A DNA stretch of 64,000 nt from contig NC_090376.1 in assembly GCF_036365525.1 (NCBI RefSeq), positions 104,019,924-104,083,923 of the forward strand. The letters run 5' to 3'. The DNA is from Heterodontus francisci (taxonomy: Eukaryota). The position numbers and the translations under genes are program-made. Under the pieces are notes generated by a model. It worked only from the letters and a program-made list of their open reading frames with translations, did no database searches and was not told the origin of the DNA. Below are positions 38,298 to 51,132 of the stretch, piece after piece. How positions within the stretch are numbered: the stretch's first letter is position 1; each line of letters opens with the position of its first letter.

Positions 38298-38483
38298 TGT
38301 CCTATCTACACCTTCTCCTTTGTTATCTCTTGCCCCACCCCTGCTTTACTTGCTTATAACCTTTCACATTTCTAATATTTGCCAGTTCTGAAGAAGGGTC
38401 ACTGACCTGAAACATTAACTCTGCTTCTCTCTCCACAGATGCTGCCAGACCTGCTGAGTATTCCCAGCATTTCTTGTTTTTAT
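38298..38483 (+). mobile_element. Penelope pLTR-derived insert with hammerhead motif
   Basis: 13-bp TSD tgcacaactctct (38285-38297, 38484-38496); motif agtt-CTGAAGA-agggtc act gacct-GAAAC-att-aact at 38384-38420. Confidence 0.85.
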
Positions 38484-39370
38484 TGCACAACTCTCTCAGC
38501 TGGCTTTGGTTTCTTCTCAAAACCACTCCCCTAGATGTTGTAATCTCATAGAACCTGGGCTCACCGCACACTCCGGACAACTCTGCAGGCAGCCATGTTT
38601 TCATGACCCTGACCTTTTGTCCTACATGTAGCTGAGGTATTGATTCTGTGCAATCCCTCATTTCCAATTGGTATCATTATTTTTACAGCCTGTTTTACTG
38701 GTTCTGTAATTGTTTGAACATAAGAACTAGGATCAGGAGTAGGCAATTCAGCCTCTCGAGCCTGCTCCGCCATTCAATACGATCATGGCTGATCTCATCT
38801 CGGCCTCAACTCCACTTTCCTGCCCATTCTCCCTAACCTTTCAACCCATTACTAACTAAAAATCTGTCTGTCTCCTCCTTAAATTTACTCAATGTCCAGG
38901 CATCCACCACACCCTGGGGTAGTGAATTCCACAGACTCACAACCCTTTGAGAGAAGTAACTTCTTCTCATCTCTGTCTTAAATCTGCTACCCCTTATCTT
39001 AAAACTATGACCTCTTGTTCTAGATTACCCCACAAGAGGAAACATCCTCTCTATGTCTACTTTGTCAATCCCCTTAATCATCTACATACCTCAATTAGAT
39101 CTCCTCTCATTCTTCTAAATTCCAGAGAGTATAGGCCTAAACTGCTCAATGTCTCTTCATAAGACAAACCCTTCATCTCTGGAATAAATCTAGTGAACCT
39201 CCTCTGAACTGCCTCCAATGCAACTACATCCCACCTCAAGTAATCGGACAAAAACTGTACGCAATACCCCAGGTGCAGTCTCACTAATGCCTTGTACAGT
39301 TGCAGCAACACTTCCCTACTTTTATACTCTATTCCTTTAGCAATAAATGCCAAAATTCCATTTGCCTTCC

Positions 39371-41980
39371 GTTTGAGGACTCGTCTACGGAGGTAGTATG
39401 GGCCGAGGTTAGAAACAGGAGAGGTGAGGTCACCCTGTTGGGAGTCTTTTATAGACCTCCAAATAGTTCCAGAGATGTAGAGGAAAGGATAGCGAAGATG
39501 ATTCTCGACAGGGGCGAGAGTAACAGGGTAGTTGTTATGGGGGACTTTAACTTTCCAAATGTCGACTGGAAATACTATAGTTCGAGTACTTTAGATGGGT
39601 CAGTTTTTGTCCAGTGTGTGCAGGAAGGTTTTCTGACACAGTATGTAGACAGGCCAACCAGGGGCGATGCCACATTGGATTTGGTACTGGGAAATGAACC
39701 CGGCCAGGTGTTAGATTTAGATATAGGTGAGCACTTTGGTGATCGTGATCACAATTCGGTTAGGTTTACCTTAGCAATGGGCAGGGACAGGTATATACCG
39801 CAGGGCAAGAATTATAGCTGGGGGAAAGGAAATTATGATGCGATTAGGCAAGATTTAGGATGTGTAAGATGGGGAAGGAAACTGCAGGGGATGGGAACAA
39901 TCGAAATGTGGAGCTTATTCAAGGAGCAGCTACTGCGTGTCCTTGATAAGTATGTACCTGTCAGGCAGGGAGGAAGTTGTCGAGCGAGGGAGCCGTGGTT
40001 TACTAAAGAAGTTGAAGCGCTTGTCAAGAGGAAGGCGGCGGCTTATGTTAGGATGAGACGTGAAGGCTCAGTTAGGGCGCTTGAGAGTTACAAGCTAGCC
40101 AGGAAGGATCTAAAGGGAGAGCTAAGAAGAGCAAGGAGAGGACACGAGAAGTCATTGGCGGATAGGATCAGGGAAAACCCAAAGGCTTTCTATAGGTATA
40201 TCAGGAATAAAAGAATGACTAGAGTTAGATTAGGGCCAATCAAGGATAGTAGTGGGAAGTTGTGTGTGGAATCAGAGGAGGTAGGGGAAGTGTTAAATGA
40301 ATATTTTGCGTCAGTATTTACAGTAGAGAAAGAAAATGTTGTCGAGGAGAATACTGAGATTCATGCTACTAGGCTAGATGGGATTGAGGTTCACAAGGAG
40401 GAGGTGTTAGCAATTTTGGAAAGTGTGAAAATAGATAAGTCCCCTGGGCCAGATGGGATTTATCCTAGGATTCTCTGGGAAGCCAGGGAGGAGATTGCAG
40501 AGCCTTTGTCCTTGATCTTTATGTCGTCATTGTCGACAGGAATAGTGCCGGAAGACTGGAGGATAGCAAATGTTGTCCCCTTGTTCAAGAAGGGGAGTAG
40601 AGACAGCCCTGGTAAATATAGACCTGTGAGCCTTACTTCGGTTGTGGGTAAAATGTTGGAAAAGGTTATAAGAGACAGGATTTATAATCATCTTGAAAAG
40701 AATAAGTTCATTAGCGATAGCACGGTTTTGTGACGGGTAGGTCGTGCTTCACAAACCTTATTGAGTTTTTCGAGAAGGTGACCAAACAGGTGGATGAGGG
40801 TAAAGCAGTGGATGTGGTGTATATGGATTTCAGTAAGGCGTTTGATAAGGTTCCCCATGGTAGGCTATTGCAGAAAATACGGAAGTATGGGGTTGAAGGT
40901 GATTTAGAGCTTTGGATCAGAAATTGGCTAGCTGAAAGAAGACAGAGGGTGGTGGTTGATGGCAAATGTTCATCCTGGAGTTTAGTTACTAGTGGTGTAC
41001 CGCAAGGATCTGTTTTGGGGCCACTGCTGTTTGTCATTTTTATAAATGACCTGGAAGAGGGTGTAGAAGGGTGGGTTAGTAAATTTGCGGATGACACTAA
41101 GGTCGGTGGAGTTGTGGATAGTGCCGAAGGATGTTGTAGGGTACAGAGGGACATAGATAGGCTGCAGAGCTGGGCTGAGAGATGGCAAATGGAGTTTAAT
41201 GCGGAAAAGTGCGAGGTGATTCAGTTTGGAAGGAGTAACAGGAATGCAGAGTACTGGGCTAATGGGAAGATTCTTGGTAGTGTAGATGAACATAGAGATC
41301 TTGGTGTCCAGGTGCATAAATCCCTGAAGGTTGCTACCCAGGTTAATAGGGCTGTTAAGAAGGCATATGGTGTGTTAGCTTTTATTAGTAGGGGGATCGA
41401 GTTTCGGAGCCACGAGGTCATGCTGCAGCTGTACAAAACTCTGGTGAGACCGCACCTGGAGTATTGCGTGCAGTTCTGGTCACCGCATTATAGGAAGGAT
41501 GTGGAAGCTTTGGAAAGGGTGCAGAGGAGATTTACTAGGATGTTGCCTGGTATGGAGGGAAGGTCTTACGAGGAAAGGCTGAGGGACTTGAGGTTGTTTT
41601 CGTTGGAGAGAAGGAGGAGGAGAGGTGACTTAATAGAGACATATAAGATAATCAGAGGGTTAGATAGGGTGGATAGTGAGAGTCTTTTTCCTCGGATGGT
41701 GATGGCAAACACGAGAGGACATAGCTTTAAGTTGAGGGGTGATAGATATAGGACAGATGTCAGAGGTAGTTTCTTTACTCAGAGAGTAGTAGGGGCGTGG
41801 AACGCCCTGCCTGCAACAGTCGTAGACTCGCCAACTTTAAGGGCATTTAAGTGGTCATTGGATAGACATATGGATGAAAATGGAATAGTGTAGGTCAGAT
41901 GGTTTCACAGGTCGGCGCAACATCGAGGGCCGAAGGGCCTGTACTGCGCTGTAATGTTCTAATTCTAATTCTAATTCTAA
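39371..41980 (+). mobile_element. Young 5'-truncated CR1 with near-intact ORF2
   Basis: Open frames 39372-40733 and 40730-41893 (APE C-terminus, RT PQGSVLGP/FADDTK), one frameshift, (TTCTAA)n tail. Inserted antisense in the older CR1. Confidence 0.95.
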
Positions 41981-44405
41981 TTACCTGCTGTACCTGCGTA
42001 CTAGTTTTCTGCAATTCATACACAAGACACCCAGATCCATCTGCACCAAAGCACTCTGAAGTTTCTCTCCATTTAGATAATAATTTGCCTTTCTATTCTT
42101 CCGACCAAAATGGATAACCTCACACTTATCCATGTTAAACTCCATCTGCCAAATTTTGGCCCATTCACCTAACCTATCCATATCCATTTGTAAATTTCTT
42201 ATTTCTTTATTGAAACTTACGATCCCACCTATTTTAGTGTCATCTGCAAATTTGGCTATAACACCTTCTATCCCTGAATCCAAGTCATTAATATAGATTG
42301 TCAATAGTTGGGCCCCGAGGACTGAACCCTGTGGCACCCCACTAGTTGCATCTTGTCAACCAGAAAAAGACCCATTTATCACGACTCTCTGTTTTCTGTT
42401 GGCTAGCCAATCCTCGATCCAAGCTAATAAATTGCCCCTAACCCCATGTGATTTTACCTTGTGTATTAACTTTTTGTGCGGCACCTCATTAAATGCCTTC
42501 TGGAAGTCCAGATATACTACATCTACAGGATCCCCATTATCCACTTTGCTTGTTACAGTTTCGAAGAACTCTACCAACAAATTAGTCAAACACGATTTAC
42601 CCTTCATAAAACCATACTGACTCCGATGGATTGTGTTTTGACTTTCTAAATGTCCTGTTATTACTTCCTTAATAATAGATTCTAACAATTTCCCAATGGC
42701 AGATGTTAAACTAACTGGTCTATAGTTTCCTACTTTCTGCCTCCCTCCCTTTTTGAATAAGGGTGTTATATTAGCTTTTTTCCAATCTGCTGGAATATTT
42801 CATACATCCAGGGAATTTTGGAATATTATAAACAATAGATCCACTGTCTTCACTGCCACTTCCTTTAAGACCCTATGATGTAGGCCATCAGGCCCTGGGG
42901 ACTTGTCTGCCTTCAATCCCAATAGTTTGCTCAGTACTTTTTCCTAGTGATGATGATTGTTCTAAGTTCCTCTCTTTCTATAACCTTTGCATTACCTCTT
43001 ACTATTGGGATGGTACTAGTGTCCTCCACCGTGAAAATTGAGGCAAAAGACTGGTTTTGTGTCTCTGCCATTTCTGTGTTCCCCTCTATTAACTCCCAGT
43101 CTTATCCTCCAAGGGACCAACATTCACTTTAGCTACTCTCTTCCCTTTTATATACTTATAGAAGTTTTTGCTATCCGTTTTTATATTTTGCATTAGTTTT
43201 CTTTCATAATTTACCTTTGCTCTTTTTATTACTTTTTTAGTAACCCTTTGTTGATCTTTTAAAAATTCCCAATATTCCAGACTGCCACTGGCCTTTGCAA
43301 TATGGTATGCCTTAGTTTTTGTCTTTATGTTATTCTTAACTTCCTTGCTTAGCCATGGATGTCTTTCCCCCCTCTTACAATCTTTCTTCCACTCTGGAAT
43401 ATATTTTAGTTGGGAGGAATTAAATATGTCCTTAAACATCTGCCACTGCTCATCAACTGTCCTACCTTTTAGTCTTCCTGCCCAGTCCACTAGGGCCAAA
43501 TCTGTCCTCATGCCTATGTAATTACCTTTGTTTAACTCCAGAACGCTTGTGTGGGACTCCAGTTTCTCGCCCTCAAACTGAATTTGAAATTCTACAATGC
43601 TATGATCACTCTTCCCTAGAGGATCCTTAACTATGAAATTAATTAATTCTACCTCATTACACAATACCAGATCTAGAATAGCCTGCTCCCTGGTTGGTTC
43701 CACAACATACTGCTCCAAAAAACAATCTCGAATACATTCAATGAACTTCCCTCGAGGCTACCCTTGCCAATTTGATTAATCCAGCCTATACGCATATTAA
43801 ATTCACCCATGATTATTGCCATACCTTTCTTACAAGCCCCCAATATTTCCTGGTTTATACTGTGCCCCACTGCGGAACTACTGTTTGGGGATCTATAGAT
43901 TCCTCCCACCAGTGACTTCGTTCCCTTGTTATTTCTTATTTCTACCCAGACTGATTCTACGTCTTGATCTCCAGTGCCTATATAGTTTCTCACTACGGTA
44001 CTGATCTCTTCCTTTACTAACAAAGCTACTCCACCTCCTTTTCCTTCCTGCCTATCCTTCCGAAATACTGAGTACCTTTGGATATTCAATTCCCAAACCT
44101 GCTGTCCCTGCAACCGCACATCAGTAATCGCCACTAAATCATACCCATTTGTCTCTATTTGCGCCGTTAACTCTTTTTTTTCCTGAATGCTTCGTGCATT
44201 CAGATACAAAGCCTTTAAGTTTGTTATGTTATCAAATTTCCTTACACTTGCATGATTCCTTGGTGCAATATGACGTTCACACGTTCTGTCCCTTCCTTTT
44301 ATTTTCTGGTAACAGTCAGCCTCATCACTAACCTGCACTCCTACCTTCTCCTTTTACTTTGAATTCCTAATTTTCCATGCAACTGAACCCTCCCCCCTCT
44401 ACTAT

Positions 44406-45362
44406 TTAGTTTAAAGCCCTATCTACAGCCCTAGTAATGCGATTCACCATGACTCTGGTCTCAGCATGATTCAGGTGCAGCGTGTCCCATCGGAACATCT
44501 CCCTCCTTCCCCAGTACTGGTGCCAATGTCCCATCAATATGAACCCATTTCTCCCACACCAATCTTTGAGCCATGCATTTACCTCTTTAATCTTTTTGAC
44601 CCTGTGCCAATTAGCTCGTGGCTCAGATAATAATCCAGAGATTATTACCTTTTTGGTTCTGCTTTTTAATTTAACCCCTAGCTGCTCATATTCCCTCAGC
44701 AGAACCTCTATCCTCATTCTACCTATATCGTTGGTACCTACGTGGACCATAACAACTGGAGCTTTCCCCTCCCACTCCAAGTTCCTCTGCAGCCCAGTCG
44801 AGATAACCTGAACCCTGGCACCAGGTAGGCAACACAGCCTTCGGGACTCTCGATCCTGGCCACAGGGAACAGTATCTATGCCCCTAACTACACTATCCCT
44901 GATTACGACTACATTTCTCTTTTCTCTCTGCACTTGAATGTCTCCCTGTACCACGGTGCTATGGTAAGTTTTCTTAGCCTCCCTACAGTCCCTGCTCTCG
45001 TCCACACAGGGAGCAAGAATCTCGAACCTTTTGGACAAGGACAAGGGCTGAGGCTCCTGCAACACTACCTCCTGGATCCCTCTACCTGCCTCACTCATAG
45101 TCACACCCTCCTGTCCCTGACCACTGACCGAATTCAAGGTATTTAATCTAAGGGGTGTGACTGTCTCCTGAAACACAGCATCCAGTTAACTCTTCCCCTC
45201 CTTGATGTGTCACAGTGTCCGAAGTTCAGACACTAGCTCATCAACTCTGAGCCGGAGTTCCTCAAGCAACCAACACTTGCTACAGATGTGGTCACTAGGT
45301 TCCACAACAGGGTCCACCAGCTACCACATCATGCAGGTACAACACATCATTAGGCCCTGCAT
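44406..45362 (-). pseudogene. CR1 ORF1 (zinc finger/coiled coil plus SGNH esterase domain)
   Basis: 256-aa open segment with GDS-like, GTND and DxxH blocks; the upstream part contains stops. Confidence 0.85.
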
Positions 45363-46749
45363 CTCTATTTTATTTAATTAGATTTTAATTTGTTTTTTAA
45401 ATTTCCGACTGGTCTTTAGTTTTTTAATCTTCTTTAGTTTTTAGTTTATATACTAATAATTGATCAAATCTTACTCGATATTTGATTTCAATTATATTAA
45501 ATTAAAAACCATTTTGTAAAGCGTAACTGCATTCTCTGTTTAAGCAGTTGGAACACAAATAGATATCCAAGGCTTTCCAGCTCACGCTGGAAAAATTGGC
45601 ATCCATATTCCTGCTGTTGTTTTCCGTTAACACTTGCTTTAAGAACTTGTTTTAAGACCTAGTTCTGTGACTCTGTACTGTCTTCCCTTTAAAAAAAACT
45701 GTATTTTCTTTAGACTCGCTGCTTTGATTGACAGAAGCAAGTGTTTTGCAATGCTTATCTGTTTATCTAGCTTCCAGCACTCCAGTGTGCCTGTTCAGCT
45801 GTGTAATAGGCATTTCAAGTGCTTTTTTTGCTAGAGTTTATTTATACAGAAGATCAATAGGTAATTCTTCATGCTTGAGTGGTTTTATGGGTTTTTAAAA
45901 GTTTAGCTGAGTGAGTGCAGGCTCTGCAGCCTTTGAGTGATTTAATGGGTTTCTATTTATAGCTTTAGCTGTGAGCTGGATGAATGGAGGATTCCACACT
46001 TTTTGCTGTTGGATGCTTCCTGTAATGGCGCCGACCTGATCAGCATGGGGGAGACATTGAAAAAAAAACATCAGCCTGAGGGAGGGATTGAATTTTCCCT
46101 GTTTTTTCACTGAGCCATTTAAAAAAATCAATTTTGGAAGCACCTCAAACCTTTCATTTTCATCAGGGATTCCTGGACTGACGGAACACTGACTCACCCG
46201 CACACAGTGATTGATTTGCAGCCTGTCATTTGGCGCTAACTCTTCTGCAGCTTAAAATGAGTTTTGTTTTCTCTTTACAGTGTTTGGGCCAGTATTTTTT
46301 TTTACTTTTTCTCTTTTCACTGTAGAGATGGCAGTTATTAAAGCTGTTTTCCTATGGTCTTCAATCTTGGATTCTGTCTTCTCACCAACACTGCCACCAT
46401 GTATTGAGAAGCTTTTTATGTTGTCTAAAGCAACATAAATGAGATGTGTGGAGTTCAGTTGATTGAAGATCTTAAAACAGGTTTATTAACAGCTAACAAG
46501 TATATACAGTGCAGAGCTATCTATTTACAAGACTTGCCTCTTGGTGTTACAGCAGCAGAGTGAGACTGGCATGTAGTCACATGACCACATCCTGGTACTC
46601 AGCTCATTAACATACTAAGATTTTAAAGAGCCTTCACTCTCTCCCAACATCTCAGACTGTGTCAAGCCGAAACTTTGACTTTGACTATCAACTCCACTTA
46701 ATGGTTGGGACTGTGAAATTGATTAATTAGTCCTAATAAAGACCCTGAC

Positions 46750-47590
46750 TCACTTTGCTCCACCGGTGGATTCTGTGACCGGCAAACATGCAGTTTCTTT
46801 GTGACTTGCACTTTCTTTCTGACTTTCTCTTGGGACTATAGGAATTTGGAGAATAGAAGGGTTCTCATGCTCTCTCTTTGTCAGATTTCCTCTTTTAAGC
46901 AATTGATCTACATGACACTGACAGAATCTCTCCCTAATCGTCACTAGATATGTGAATGCACCTAGTCTTTTTACAACAACTTCAAACACATACTTCACCT
47001 TATTACCGCTGTGGTTTTTCACCATGACCTTCTGACCTGCACTTAACTCTCTAAGTTTCATGCCATGAGTATCATGACTCATCTTCACTCTGTCTTGCTT
47101 TTCTCTTACTTTTTTATTGACATCAGGCTTAAGCAAACTAAACCTTGTCCTAGGATTGTGTTTAAACACTAACTCATAAGGTAAGCAACCTGTTGTAGAC
47201 AGTGGGTTATTCTTTAAGAGAACATGGAAATTACTACCTAGCCTGTTGCCTAGCAAATACTTCTGCGAGGGCCGCTTCACAATTTGTACACTTCTTTCTG
47301 CAGCACCATTTGATGCTGGGTGATATGGTGGTATTAAAGTATGTTTGACTCCATTCGTACTCAGAAATATTTCAAACTCTTCTGACGTAAACTGTGGACG
47401 ACTATCTGACAATAAAACATTTGGCGACGTATAAATTGCAAACCAACTTCTCAAAACCTCAACAGATTTGGCATTCACGCTATTGTGCACAAACTTAACA
47501 TTTATCCACTTGCCATAGCTATCAACTAAAACAAAATACTCCTTACCTTCCACTTCAAAGAAATTAACCTGTATTCATTCCCACAGTTTC
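46750..47590 (-). pseudogene. Gypsy integrase core fragment
   Basis: VLVDSYGKW..LLSDSRPQFTSEEF..PPYHPASNGAAERSVQ; continues past the MITE to ~48370. Confidence 0.85.
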
Positions 47591-47594
47591 CTTG

Positions 47595-48339
47595 GGGGAA
47601 ATGTTATGCTCTCCCCCACGGCGGGTTTGGAGGCGGGGAGAGCATGTAATTGGGTGGGATGGTGGAGGAGGGTAACCTGCCACTTTCCCGCCTCTGCTGA
47701 AATTAAGTCCATGCTGAAATTCCCATCCTGGTGCCAATTGAGCCCATAAGTGACAATTAATGCTCAGTTAAAGGGCCTCATCCTGCCGCTGCTGCAATTA
47801 GCCCAGCGACAAGTGGGCCTGTCAATGCACGGGGAGCACGGTAAAAAAAACATATGGGTTGCTTGCCAGCTCCAGGGGTGGGGGAGGGTCCCTCATTTAA
47901 AGAACTTAGTGCCTGAACGAGGGATCTGGCATTAGGAGGGGGGCATGCTGACAGCAACCCATGTCCTTGCTTCCAATCCTCTTACACCCCTCTCTCCCAT
48001 AACCCCCACACCTGGAGACCTCTCCCACTCTGACTTACCTGTGGCCTGGGTTCAGTGCCACTCCTAGACCTCGGGTGGGTGCTCCTACGGCATCAGCCAC
48101 CACCTCCACGGTGGCACTGCTCAGTTAAAGAGCTGTTGGACTCTGATTGGCCGGCAGCTCTCTGAGGGTAGGACTTCTGTCGCAGGGGTCTTTGATCCTG
48201 TGGAAGGCCTGCCACTGTCTAGTTAAGTGCCAAATTGGCACTTGACTCAGCAGTCCTCCCACAGAAGGGGCGACGTGGAGTTCTTGTGGCACTTTTGCCA
48301 GAGGTTTAGACCTCCATTGCCCAATTAAAATTCCAGCAC
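47595..48339. mobile_element. Harbinger-type MITE inserted in the integrase
   Basis: TSD TTG; ends ggggaaatgtt / aaaattccagcac; family palindromes present. Confidence 0.75.
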
Positions 48340-48396
48340 TTGTGTTTGACCATGGAATGAAAAGAACCTTGGTTGATCATGTCTCATTCTGAGAAA

Positions 48397-50580
48397 TGTT
48401 GTATGATTGCCTTTATGTGTGATTCCTTTTAAGAACTTAGTATACCAATGAGCCAAGTACCAGGACACAGTCATGTGACTCTTCAATCAACTGGACTCCA
48501 CACATCTCATTTATGTTGCATAAGACATCATAAAAGAACTCATGACATGGTGGCAGCTGTGGTGAAAAGACAAAGTTTGAGGTTGAAGACCACGGTTAAA
48601 ACAGTTCTGAAAATAACCTTTCCTAGAGCCAGTAGAGATAAAGTTCAAGTAAAATACTGGCATAAACAGTGAAAAAAGAACTTACCTCCAGCTATAGCAG
48701 ACAGAGCACAGAACAACAGGCTACAAGTAAATCAAGTGAGTCATTGTGCCAATGGGCAAGAGATACCGCTTTGAAAAAGAAAGCTTTGAAGTCCTTCACA
48801 ACATTTTTTTTTCAAAAGCTCTGTGTAGAAAAAAAATGAGTGGAAGACCCGCCTCCTTTCCCGAGCTGATCGAGGTCAGGGCCATTACAGGAGGCCTCCG
48901 TTAGAAAAAACGTGGGAAAACCCAGATCACTGCAGAGCCTTCATCCACACAGCCAAAGTTTTAAAAACCCATTAAACTACTCAAGTGTGAATAAAAGCTT
49001 CCATTCACAAAGCCACAGTAAAAAAACATTAAAACCACTGGAGTCTAAAGATCATAAAAAACTCTTTAAAAAAACCCCATTGAACTGCCTATTGAGCAGC
49101 CGTGTAAACAGAACAGGCTTAAGTGTGGAAGCAAGATAAACACACACACAAGCAAACGCCTGCTCCTATCAATCAAAGCAGCTAGTTTAAATAACAGACG
49201 GTTTCTTAAAGGGGAAACAGTGAAGAGTAATTGAACAAGTCTTAAAGCAAGTTTCAAGCAAAGAACAGCAGTAAGGTGGATCCCAAATTTCCCAGCATAA
49301 ACTGGAAGGCCTTGGATATCCGATTTGAGTTCCAACTGTTCAAACAAAGATTGCAGTTATTCTTCACAGACCAAATAATTGCAGAACCAGAAAAACAGGC
49401 TGTAAAAATACTAATAGCAGTTGGAAATTAGGGATTACACAGAATCAACAGCTCCAAACTATCTGATGAGTACCAGAAAGATCCCGCAAGGATATGGAAA
49501 ATGCTCAAAGATCAGCTCTGATTATGAGTGAATTTTAGAATTCACCACCTGAAATTGATGTCCTGCAGGCAACAGCCACAAGAATCAATAGACCAGTTCA
49601 TCAGTAGATGCCGTAGTAAGGGCAATGAATTCGACTTCTCATAAACTGAGCATTCGGATGGAATAATGGAACTAGTGATTGTATCGACATCCAATGAAGA
49701 GTTTCAGAAAGACCTCTTGGGGATAAAGAAAGATCAAAGTATTGATGCACTGCTGGAAGATGGCAGGAAATATGGAGCCATTGGAGCTGGACAACAGCAC
49801 CTGCAAGCACTAGTGAGAGCCAACAGCATCGGCACTATAATCAGGTCAAAAAGAGCAAGAAAGTTGTGTGGTAAGTGCAGTCTGTCCCACCCATAGAGAA
49901 ATTGCCCTGCATTTCACAATCTGTGCAAGGCGTGCGGTGCGAAAGGCCACTGGGTCCACCATTGCAAGAAATCTGGCTCCAAAGACATGGCCAGAAGCCG
50001 CAGCAGGAAAAAAACAGAAGACAGGCACAGGAATAGGGCAGCAGCAGCAAGGAGAGCACCAGAGACCTGCGTAAACACAAGCAGATACACGAAGTCCACA
50101 GTGAAACAGACCTGAGACAAGACTCAACGATGAGTAATTCTCAGCCAGAAGATGAACAGGCATTCCACATTGTAAACCTGACACATCACGTTGATGAAGT
50201 CAAACAACTGGAAGCTTTCGCCGCTACTAACATCATTGTGTCCAAAGAAAGCTGGCAAACACACTCAGGGTCAAGATTGACACCAGCACCAGTGAAAATA
50301 TCCTACCAGTCTGAATACTCAGATATTTAACGGAGTTGTTGGAAATCAGTGATACAACCAACAACTGCCAGGCTATCTGCATACAGCAGGCATGCAGTGG
50401 CACACTAACAATGCAATGCAGCTATGGTAAGTCGGCATGTAAACCACAGACATTCTACCTTGTAGACACGAGTGGACCAGCAGTGGCAGGATTACCAGCG
50501 TATAAGGACCTCAACATCATAACTATCCACGAGGTCACCAAGGTAGCAATTACAGCAGAAGAGACCAAGGGTATCTGCAT
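48397..50580 (+). mobile_element. 5' part of a Gypsy element (LTR, PBS, gag, protease), same family as 37706-46638
   Basis: Internally deleted LTR 48397-48547; PBS TGGTGGCAGC-t-GTGG matches the tRNA-Leu 3' end; gag knuckle CKACGAKGHWVHHC; protease VKIDTS at ~50270. Confidence 0.8.
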
Positions 50581-51132
50581 TGAGTCACAGTTCCTCCAGG
50601 ATTTCAGTAGTTCTGGTTTGGAAAGTGTCAGCGACCTCTCAGATGCCACACCAAGAGAATGAAGATACAAACTCAGCTGGTGAAAGCTCTTTGTCACCAG
50701 GCAGTGTTCCCTCACACTCCAGCGACTCAGGAGAAGAGATTTATGTTGTCACTCCTGAGAAGCAAAAGCTGGAAGTGGGGAGCATTGTCAAGGGAAAATC
50801 TCCAAGGACCGGAACCCACTTGCAGACTCTGGCCAGCATCAAACAGTGCAGTCTGGAAATCCAGCAACAGCACAACAATGCCGTGCCTTCACTTCTGCTC
50901 TCTAGACAACTGCCAGCACCACAACGAGCCAGAATGGACAGGTACCTTCATAAGACCAAAAACTCTTCCCCCAACAAGTCCTCGACTTTGAGCCCCAATC
51001 CTTTAGACGCAGAGCATAAGGAGAAGCATATGGCATGCAATATCATAAGGTGCCATATAAATAAAAGTTCTGTTTTTCACTTTTTTTCCACACAGCCAAA
51101 CAGAGCAGCATAAGTTTCTGAACTAACACCAT

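Larger units (their letters stand above)
38716..45510 (-). mobile_element. Full-length degenerate CR1 LINE (ORF1 zinc finger plus esterase; ORF2 APE-RT)
   Basis: ORF1: Cys/His motif at ~45360-45270 and SGNH esterase (RDSVVRG, CLPGARV, HVGTNDIG, DTLHLN). ORF2: YLNARSI, YLDFQKAF, PQGSVLG, FADDTK. 3' UTR at 38716-38810. Confidence 0.92.
37706..46638 (-). mobile_element. Internally deleted Gypsy LTR retrotransposon hosting a full-length CR1
   Basis: 3' LTR 37706-37965 with adjacent PPT. 5' LTR ~46401-46638 followed by PBS TGGTGGCAG. Gag start ~45607, continuing at 38715-38640; integrase tail (GQKVRV..RRNQSQL; TITRSGRVVKP). Confidence 0.8.
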
